From NCBI GenBank assembly GCA_965250185.1, contig OZ252293.1, positions 1,607,862 to 1,671,861 on the forward strand: a stretch of 64,000 nucleotides of DNA, in the 5' to 3' direction. Source of the DNA: Vicinamibacterales bacterium. GTDB lineage: Bacteria; Acidobacteriota; Vicinamibacteria; Vicinamibacterales; G965250185. Position 1 is the stretch's first letter, and each line of letters opens with the position of its first letter. The notes beneath the pieces were generated by a model. The model worked only from the letters and a program-made list of their open reading frames with translations, did no database searches and had not been told where the DNA came from. Made by a program: the position numbers and the translations under genes. Positions 57,395-64,000 of this stretch are shown one piece after another.

Positions 57395-57943
57395 ATGAGC
57401 AGCACGACCATTCGCCCCGTCCTGAGCCACATGGGCATCTACGTCCATGACATGGCGAACATGGAAGATTTCTACACTCGCGTCATGGGTCTCGTGGTGA
57501 CCGACCGGGGCAAGGCGTTCCGGTTTCCGATCGATCTCGTGTTCATGAGCAGCGAGCCGGGGATGCACCATCAGCTGGCGTTGGCATCGGGCCGCCCGCC
57601 GGAGGCGACCTACAGCGTCGTGAACCAGATGTCGTTCCAGGTCCGGTCGCTGGACGAGCTGCGGGAGATGTCGCGGCGTGTCACGGCAGAAGGCGTGGCC
57701 GACCTCGTGCAGATCAATCATGGCAATGCGTGGTCCATGTATTTTCTCGATCCCGAAGGCAACCGCGTGGAGGTCTACCTCGACTCTCCATGGCATGTGC
57801 CGCAGCCTCACGGCGACAATCTCGACCTGGAGCTGTCCAACGAGGAGATCATGCGCACGACATTCGAGGCCGTCCAGAACGATCCCGGCTTCATGCCGCG
57901 GGAGGAGTTCGAAGCCGAGATGCGGAAGAAGATCGGCGGCTGA
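57395..57943 (+). CDS. VOC (glyoxalase/extradiol dioxygenase) family protein
   Basis: 'LSHMGIYVHDMANMEDFY' and 'NHGNAWSMYFLDPEGNRVEVY' are paired beta-alpha-beta-beta-beta module motifs. Confidence 0.75.
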   Translation: MSSTTIRPVLSHMGIYVHDMANMEDFYTRVMGLVVTDRGKAFRFPIDLVFMSSEPGMHHQLALASGRPPEATYSVVNQMSFQVRSLDELREMSRRVTAEGVADLVQINHGNAWSMYFLDPEGNRVEVYLDSPWHVPQPHGDNLDLELSNEEIMRTTFEAVQNDPGFMPREEFEAEMRKKIGG

Positions 57944-57956
57944 GTAGCGCCCGTTT

Positions 57957-57998
57957 CCGCATTCCGCATTCACCATTCGACATTCGACATTCGACATT
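57957..57998. repeat. Heptamer array (CSRCATT x6)
   Basis: Reads ccgcatt ccgcatt caccatt cgacatt cgacatt cgacatt. Confidence 0.85.
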
Positions 57999-58013
57999 TT
58001 CTTTCTTTTCCCC

Positions 58014-58925
58014 ATGCGAATCGCTGTCATCGGCGCCGGCGGAGTCGGCGGGTACTACGGCGGGCGGCTGGCAGCCGCCGGCCACGACGTGTCGTTCGTG
58101 GCTCGTGGCGAGAGTCTGGCCGCCTTGCGAACGTCCGGCCTCCGGATCGAGAGCGCCCTCGGCGACATGCACTTGACCCAGCCGCACGCCACCGATCGTG
58201 TCGAGGACATCGGGCCGGTCGACGCGGTGTTCCTGGCCGTGAAGGCGTACGACCTCGAGACCGTTGGCGCGACGCTGGAGCCGTTATTCCGTGCGGACAC
58301 GGCTGTCCTGTGTGCCCAGAATGGCGTGGACGCGATGGATCGACTCCGACCGTTCGTGGCGACCGGGCACGTCCTCGGTGCGGTCGTCTACGGCAACACC
58401 GTCCGCGTCGGACCGGGACGGGTGACGCATCTCGGGACGCTCGCGCGGCTCCGCCTGGGGGGACGAGACGCGGCGGCTCAGGAGCGCGCGGAGGCGTTTG
58501 CCGTGGCGTGTCAGGCCGCGGGGATCGACGCCGAGGCCGTGGATGACATCGATGCTGCGCTCTGGACGAAGTTCGTCCTGTTCTCGGTGATGAGCGCTGC
58601 CTGCTGTCTCAGCGATCGTTCGACCGGCGAATTGCGCGAGGATCCCGATTCGCGCGCGATCCTCGAGCGCGGCATGCACGAGACCGCGGACGTCGCGAGG
58701 GCAAAAGGCATTCGCCTCGACTCGGACGTTGTGACGCGGTCGATGGGCATCGCCGACTCGATGGCGGCTGATTCAGTCCCATCGATGCTGCTCGATCTCC
58801 GCGCCGGCCGTCGGCTGGAGCTCGAGTCGCTGAGCGGAGCGATCTTGCGGCTGGGCCGCGAGCTCGACGTGGACGTGCCGTTTCACGAAACGGCCTATGC
58901 GATGTTGAAGCGTCGGGAGCGGTGA
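58014..58925 (+). CDS. panE: 2-dehydropantoate 2-reductase family protein
   Basis: 'MRIAVIGAGGVGGYYGGRLA' is the Rossmann motif, and there is an ApbA/PanE C-terminal domain ('SMLLDL..GRRLE'). Confidence 0.75.
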   Translation: MRIAVIGAGGVGGYYGGRLAAAGHDVSFVARGESLAALRTSGLRIESALGDMHLTQPHATDRVEDIGPVDAVFLAVKAYDLETVGATLEPLFRADTAVLCAQNGVDAMDRLRPFVATGHVLGAVVYGNTVRVGPGRVTHLGTLARLRLGGRDAAAQERAEAFAVACQAAGIDAEAVDDIDAALWTKFVLFSVMSAACCLSDRSTGELREDPDSRAILERGMHETADVARAKGIRLDSDVVTRSMGIADSMAADSVPSMLLDLRAGRRLELESLSGAILRLGRELDVDVPFHETAYAMLKRRER

Positions 58926-58951
58926 ATGCTGAATGCTGAATGGGGAATAGA
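58924..58951. repeat. GAATGCT heptamer array (short)
   Basis: gaatgct gaatgct gaatggg gaataga begins inside the panE stop codon. Confidence 0.8.
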
Positions 58952-58986
58952 CGCTCCCCACAACCCCCAACTGCGGAGGACGCCCA

Positions 58987-60087
58987 GTGCCCGGACCTGA
59001 AGCCAAGCCGCACATCTCCGCGCTTCCGCTGTATCAGACCGGAGCGTCCGAGGGGACCGGCACGCAAACCGTCGTCAAGCTGTCGTCCAACGAGTCTGCG
59101 TTGGGGCCGAGCCCTGAGGCCGTGCGCGTGTACAGAGAGCTCGCACCATCCCTGAATCGATATCCGGAGGCTGGAGGCGACGAGCTGAGGCGTGCCCTGG
59201 CCGACGTGCATGGCATCGAGCCTGAGCGGATCTTCGGATCGAACGGCTCGGATCACATCATCTACCTCTTGCTCGGCGCCTACGCCGGGCTGGGAGACGA
59301 GGTGGTCGTCACCGAGTACGGCTTCTTTCGAAACACCCTCAGCGTCCGGGTATGCGGCGCCACGCCGGTCGCTGCCAAGGAGACGCACCACACCGCATCG
59401 GTGGACGCCATCCTGGCAGCGGTCACCGACCGGACCAAGGTCGTCCTCCTCGCCAATCCGAACAATCCAACCGGCACCTACATCCCTCGGTCGGAAGTCG
59501 AGCGTTTGGTCGAGGACCTGCCCGACGGGGTGCTCCTGATCCTGGATTCCGCGTACGCCGAGTATGTGACGGCGGACGATTATTCGGACGGCATCGAGTT
59601 CGTCCGCAACGCCGACAACGTGGCGACGACCCGGACGTTCTCGAAGGCGTACGGCCTGGCCGGTCTGCGGCTCGGCTGGGCGTACGGCTCCGCACGCATC
59701 GTCGATGCGTACGAGCGCGCGCGGTTGCCGTATCCGGTCAGCGGTCCGGCGCAGGCCTCCGGGGTCGCCGCGCTTCGGGATCGAGTGCACCTCGATCGGA
59801 TCGTGGCCCACAATGCTCGGGCGCTGGCCTGGGTGAAGGAGCGCCTCACTGGACTCGGACTCGATCTGCTGCCCAGCGTGGCGAACTTCAATACCTGTCG
59901 ATTCGGTCCGCCCGGATCCGGAGCGGGCCAGCGCGCCGTCGATTTTCTGGCCGCACGGAACATCCTGGTTCGGCCGCTGGCGCCGGCCGGTCTCCAGGAC
60001 TTCGTGCGGATCACGGTGGGTCTGGACCATGAGAACGCCGCGCTCGTCGACGGTCTGCAGGCGTTTCTCGAGGCGGAATCCTCCTGA
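58987..60087 (+). CDS. hisC: Histidinol-phosphate / aromatic aminotransferase (class II)
   Basis: 'LSSNESALGPSP', 'NPNNPTG' and 'RTFSKAYGLAGLRLGW' (PLP lysine) are present. Confidence 0.8.
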   Translation: MPGPEAKPHISALPLYQTGASEGTGTQTVVKLSSNESALGPSPEAVRVYRELAPSLNRYPEAGGDELRRALADVHGIEPERIFGSNGSDHIIYLLLGAYAGLGDEVVVTEYGFFRNTLSVRVCGATPVAAKETHHTASVDAILAAVTDRTKVVLLANPNNPTGTYIPRSEVERLVEDLPDGVLLILDSAYAEYVTADDYSDGIEFVRNADNVATTRTFSKAYGLAGLRLGWAYGSARIVDAYERARLPYPVSGPAQASGVAALRDRVHLDRIVAHNARALAWVKERLTGLGLDLLPSVANFNTCRFGPPGSGAGQRAVDFLAARNILVRPLAPAGLQDFVRITVGLDHENAALVDGLQAFLEAESS

Positions 60088-60105
60088 CGCCACCGCCAAT
60101 CCCGG

Positions 60106-61698
60106 ATGACACGTCCAGACGCTGACGCCACCCAGGTGCTGATCGTCGGGGCCGGGCCCACCGGTCTGGCGGCCGCCAACCTGCTCGGTCTGTACGGTAT
60201 CGACGCGGTCGTCGTGGAGTGCGACCCGGGGACGTCGAGCATCCCGAAGGGCATCTACATCGACGACGAGTTCCTGCGAACGCTGGATAGTGTCGGGCTG
60301 GCGGAACGGGTGCAGCAGAACTGTGTGCCGGCGGCCGGGGTCACGTACTTCTCGAGGCTCGGGTTTCGCGTGGCTGCGATCCGAGGGCAGGTCACGTCCA
60401 ACGGCTACGGCAACCGGTCGGCGATCTGGCAGCCGGAGTTCGAGCAGATGCTGGCCGACGGCGCCGCGCGATGGCGCTCGGTCTCCCTACGCTTCCAGCG
60501 AACTCTCGTGGACCTCACAGAGGGCGACGACACGGTGACCGCGGGCATCGTCGACGCCGAGGGCGCGCGTCACGAGATCGTGGCGGACTACGTGCTCGGT
60601 TGCGATGGCGGTCGCAGCACGGTCCGCAAGCTGCTCGGCCTGCCGATGGACGGCCGGTCCTACGAGCAGCCGTGGATCGTGCTCGATATGCTCGACGATA
60701 CCGATTCGAGTCCGTTCTCGAAGTACTTCGTCCACCCGCAGCGCCCGACCGACAGCATCCCAGGTCCCCGCGGAGGCCGGCGATTCGAGTTCATGCTCCT
60801 GCCGGGCGAGGATCCCGAGGTGATGGTCGAGGACGAGTCGCTGCGGACGCTATTCGAAGGCTACCGAGACTTCGACCGCGTCAAGATTTTTCGCAAGGCC
60901 GTGTACACGTTTCATTCGTTGTTCGTCCGCACCATGCAAGTCGGCCGTGTCTTTCTCCTGGGGGACGCCGCGCACCTCATGCCGCCGTTCGGGGCATCGG
61001 GCATGAACTCGGGCAATCGTGACGCGACGAACCTGTGCTGGAAAGTTGCGGCGGTTCTGAAGGGCCACGCCGCGCCATCGATTCTCGAGACATACGACCT
61101 CGAGCGACGCGAGCACGTGCAAGCCACTATCGATATCTCGGTCCGGATCGGACGCATCGTCAACCTCACCACGACCTGGTTGGCGTATCTCCGTGACGTC
61201 GTATTCTGGGTACTGTCACGCGCTCCGCTGACCGGTCCCTACATCACCGGCATGCGCTACATTCCGCGGGCGGTACTTCGCGAGGGCGTCGTGATGCCGA
61301 GCTCCGCCCGATCCTCGCGATCGGTGGTCGGGCGCATGCTGCCGCAGCCGGTCGTCGGTACGACCGACGGCGCGGACGTGCTCTTGGATACGGTCCTGGG
61401 GTCGGGCTTCGCCTTGGTGGGGCTCGATTGCCCTGGCATCGACCTGCAGGCCATCGTTCGGCGAGGGTTGTGGCAAGGGCTGAATGTGCATGGGGTCTCG
61501 ATCGCGAGCGACGCGTCCCGCGCCGAGGTGCACGCGATCATTGTGAGGGATCGGCGGTTCGACGAGGTCCTGAAGGAGCACCGGGGCGAGGTCCTGTTGG
61601 TCAGGCCAGACCGTTTTGTTGCCGCCGCCGTGTCGCCGGCCGGTCTCGAAGGCCTCGAGGTCGACCTACGTCGGTTGCTGGGCGGGACCTCAGGCTAG
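60106..61698 (+). CDS. FAD-dependent aromatic-ring hydroxylase (MhpA/PheA-like)
   Basis: 'VLIVGAGPTGLAAANLL', 'GCDGGRSTVRK' and 'GDAAHLMPPFGASGMNSG' are present. Confidence 0.8.
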   Translation: MTRPDADATQVLIVGAGPTGLAAANLLGLYGIDAVVVECDPGTSSIPKGIYIDDEFLRTLDSVGLAERVQQNCVPAAGVTYFSRLGFRVAAIRGQVTSNGYGNRSAIWQPEFEQMLADGAARWRSVSLRFQRTLVDLTEGDDTVTAGIVDAEGARHEIVADYVLGCDGGRSTVRKLLGLPMDGRSYEQPWIVLDMLDDTDSSPFSKYFVHPQRPTDSIPGPRGGRRFEFMLLPGEDPEVMVEDESLRTLFEGYRDFDRVKIFRKAVYTFHSLFVRTMQVGRVFLLGDAAHLMPPFGASGMNSGNRDATNLCWKVAAVLKGHAAPSILETYDLERREHVQATIDISVRIGRIVNLTTTWLAYLRDVVFWVLSRAPLTGPYITGMRYIPRAVLREGVVMPSSARSSRSVVGRMLPQPVVGTTDGADVLLDTVLGSGFALVGLDCPGIDLQAIVRRGLWQGLNVHGVSIASDASRAEVHAIIVRDRRFDEVLKEHRGEVLLVRPDRFVAAAVSPAGLEGLEVDLRRLLGGTSG

Positions 61699-61702
61699 CG
61701 CG

Positions 61703-62173
61703 ATGAGCTCTCGGGTCGAGGTCTTCCGTTCGAAGCACGACTGGTGGATCACCGCGATCATCTGGGGTGTGGCGATCGCCAGTTTATCCGGAACGCTCAT
61801 CGTCTCCTGGCAGACGGTCCCCGGCGCCGAGCGGGCGACGGCAGTCATCGTGGGTCTGCTCAGTGGTTTGGCGGTTCTCTGGTTCTGGCTGACGACCCGG
61901 TACAGGCTCTCGGACACGTCGCTGCACCTGCATAGCGGGCCGTTCCACAAGGAGCTGCCGTTAGGTCGTATTCAGCGCGTGTCTCGGTCGCGGCGGCTCT
62001 GGGGCGTGAACTTCGCCCTCTCGCGAGACGTGTTGCTCATCGAGGTCGAGGGGTCGGCCTGGGCGTATCACGTGTCTCCCGAGGACCAGCGCGCTTTCGT
62101 GGCGTCACTCGATGCCCGATGCTTCCATCTCGAGGCTGACGGCGATGGACTCCGTCCTCGCCACACCGCGTAG
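61703..62173 (+). CDS. Membrane protein with bacterial PH-like domain
   Basis: ORF trimmed to ATG 61703. Two TM helices are followed by 'YRLSDTSLHLHSGPF...IQRV', which resembles bPH_2/YdbS-type proteins. Confidence 0.45.
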   Translation: MSSRVEVFRSKHDWWITAIIWGVAIASLSGTLIVSWQTVPGAERATAVIVGLLSGLAVLWFWLTTRYRLSDTSLHLHSGPFHKELPLGRIQRVSRSRRLWGVNFALSRDVLLIEVEGSAWAYHVSPEDQRAFVASLDARCFHLEADGDGLRPRHTA

Positions 62174-62195
62174 TGGGTGACGAGGCCGTCCCGAG

Positions 62196-62807
62196 TCAGT
62201 CTGCGAATATTGCGGCGAGAGCGAGCGAGCGGCCTGGCAGCGCGGGTGTCGTGAGCGAGTCGTTCGTCTCGACCGACAGCGCGCAGACGCGCTCGAATCG
62301 TTCGGCCGCCGCGCGATAGACGTTCACGGTTTCCGCTTCAGGATCGACCATCCAGTACTCTCGCACGCCCATCCGCTCGTACAACTTCATCTTGAGCGTC
62401 TCGTCGCGACGACGCGTGCTCTCGGAGAGCACCTCGACGACGAGCGTCGGGGGACCGGAGACGTTCCGCTCGGTCAGAATGTCCAGTTGCTCACTCGCAA
62501 CGAACAGGAGGTCGGGCTCGACGACGTCGATGTCGGAGAGTACGACGTCGAGCGGGGACAGGTAGGCGTTGCCGATCGGATGATCGGTCAGAAACGAGCG
62601 GATCAGCCAATACAGGTTCCCGACGATCGCCTGGTGCTTCAGCTTGGGCGACGGGGTCACGTAGTGTGCGCCGTCAATCAGTTCGTGACGCTTCCCGTCG
62701 TCCGGGAACAGCAGGAAGTCCGCGTACGTGAGCTTGCAGCCAGGCTGTGTGGGCCTGATCGCATCCTGATGGTTCACAAGATGATTGTACATCGTCCATG
62801 CCGTCAT
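62196..62807 (-). CDS. Uma2 (DUF820) family endonuclease
   Basis: 'ELIDG', 'PDLLFV', 'PPTLVVEVLSEST..D...K...Y...GV.EYW.VDP' form the PD-(D/E)xK Uma2 pattern. Confidence 0.75.
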   Translation of the reverse strand: MTAWTMYNHLVNHQDAIRPTQPGCKLTYADFLLFPDDGKRHELIDGAHYVTPSPKLKHQAIVGNLYWLIRSFLTDHPIGNAYLSPLDVVLSDIDVVEPDLLFVASEQLDILTERNVSGPPTLVVEVLSESTRRRDETLKMKLYERMGVREYWMVDPEAETVNVYRAAAERFERVCALSVETNDSLTTPALPGRSLALAAIFAD

Positions 62808-63029
62808 CCCATGGGGAGCAAGGTGCGTGCCGGCAGAAACGTCAGGGAACCCGAAGCCTGGAGCCCTGAGTGTTCGAAATCGTGGGGTCTCTCGGGGCAG
62901 TCCGGTGTGCAGAAAATGCGGCGCGATGGGCTACCCCGACGCGAGGTACAGGACTCGCGAGGTGTCTAGAATCTGAGGCGGCTCGAGACTCGAGATCTGA
63001 GACGGCAGACGGCGTTCTTGAGCGGCCTG

Positions 63030-64000
63030 CTAGACCGGTCCCAGGTAGCGGTCGAGCCAGCCGAGGATCTCGGTGATCATGCGGGTGCGTGGCAGGTTCG
63101 CGGTGTGGCCGGCTTCCTCGAAGATGACGTGCTTCTTGTCGGCCTCGGGTGTGCCGAACAACTCGAACAGCGGGCGCTGGGCGGTGTCCACGGGCTCGAG
63201 AAAATCGTGTCGGCCGTTGAGCATGAGAACCGGGGCCGTGACCCGCGGCGCGAAGTTTACCTGGTTGGCCTCCGGTCGGGCTTCGCGAAGCGACAGCGCA
63301 CCGGCCACAAGGACGACGGCCTTGAGCCGCGGCTCGAGCGCCGGCACGATGGCACCCATTCGGCCGCCCCAGCTCAGTCCGTAGAAGGCGAGCTTCTGCG
63401 TGTCGATATCGTCACGCGTCTCCAAGTAGTCGACCGTTCGTCTCGTGTCATTGACCCACTGGATCACATGCTCGGTGAACGATCGCGTCGTGTCGGGCCA
63501 GGTCTCGAGGAGTCCATCCTGGCGCTCGTAGGTGGACTTGTAGACGGGAAAGACCAGCGCTCGCCCGCTCTGTATGATGAAATCGTAGGAACGATTGGGT
63601 CGATTCGGAAGCGACGGGTTGCGGATCGCACCCGTTCCTGGGAAGTAAATCACCGCCTGATACGGTGGGTCGACGTTCGTCGGAACGTAGATGTTCGCCA
63701 AGACTCGCTCGTTGCCGTACGCCGCGTCGAACGAGACCCGTTCCCTCGTCCAGTGGTCGGCCAGCTCGCCCTGCTCGTCCATTTTCGACTCGAGCGGCGT
63801 TTGGTCGTAATCGTACTGGGCCTGGAAGTAGCTGAAGACCTCGTCATTGGCCGGTGGCTGGCGCTCGTAGTCGCGGGCCGGCAGCGGGATTGGGCCCGTG
63901 AACCGTTCGGTTAGCTCTTCGCCGAGGTAGTCGACGCATCGAAACCCGTTTTGAGCGGAGCGATCGAACGGTGGCCGCGCTTCCGGGTACGTGAAGCGGT
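63030..64000 (-). CDS. Alpha/beta hydrolase (S9/dienelactone-hydrolase-like), N-terminus outside window
   Basis: 'FYGLSWGG' is the nucleophile elbow and 'EEAGH' fits the catalytic His. The minus-strand frame stays open from 63783 to the window end (..RFTYPEARPPFDRSAQNGFRCVDYLGEELTERF..), so the listed ATG is internal. Confidence 0.7.
   Translation of the reverse strand, partial: RFTYPEARPPFDRSAQNGFRCVDYLGEELTERFTGPIPLPARDYERQPPANDEVFSYFQAQYDYDQTPLESKMDEQGELADHWTRERVSFDAAYGNERVLANIYVPTNVDPPYQAVIYFPGTGAIRNPSLPNRPNRSYDFIIQSGRALVFPVYKSTYERQDGLLETWPDTTRSFTEHVIQWVNDTRRTVDYLETRDDIDTQKLAFYGLSWGGRMGAIVPALEPRLKAVVLVAGALSLREARPEANQVNFAPRVTAPVLMLNGRHDFLEPVDTAQRPLFELFGTPEADKKHVIFEEAGHTANLPRTRMITEILGWLDRYLGPV

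Noticed and set aside
62196-62807. Uma2 endonuclease as part of a defence or R-M system
   Set aside because: There is no methyltransferase, helicase/ATPase or other defence partner adjacent. Uma2/DUF820 genes commonly occur singly.

Overview
GC-rich bacterial chromosomal window, about two-thirds G+C by eye. Gene content suggests Acidobacteriota or Gemmatimonadota, which is inference only. It is densely coding, and I recognise no rRNA, tRNA, CRISPR array, IS element or prophage.

Main blocks:
- 1-3.7 kb: an intact vapBC pair, xthA, a methyltransferase, and a decayed second vapBC locus.
- 5.8-7.8 kb: an ABC-2 exporter.
- 8-15 kb: a tetra-haem cytochrome c, a fused E1 alpha/beta dehydrogenase, and glnA.
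- 15.2-28.2 kb: an eight-gene minus-strand MoxR / DUF58 / VWA ('Bat-like') supercluster. It also carries two DUF4159 genes, a 1172-aa low-complexity membrane protein and a legumain-like protein that lacks the catalytic Cys. This is the best candidate for an uncharacterised system.
- 28.5-35.2 kb: a TetR-regulated RND efflux operon.
- 35.3-44.4 kb: a third DUF4159 with an M14 peptidase, divergent from a 1271-codon NHL-repeat protein coupled to an amidase.
- 44.5-49.5 kb: a complete lysWXYZJK carrier-protein cluster. lysW is missing from the ORF track.
- 51.3-61.7 kb: a TRAP transporter plus sulfatase operon, divergent from a catabolic cluster.

Two cross-cutting signals:
- Nearly every longer intergenic gap carries short degenerate tandem repeats. 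They include 7-mers such as GAATGYY, GGGCGCA and CACCAAT, 9-mers, and an 11-bp phased ACGGAAC, sometimes arranged as inverted arrays.
- Five otherwise well-conserved genes carry ORF-breaking lesions: two in-frame stops and three apparent frameshifts. These reflect either assembly errors or real gene decay or recoding.

All family calls come from motif recognition by eye and memory. No searches were run.
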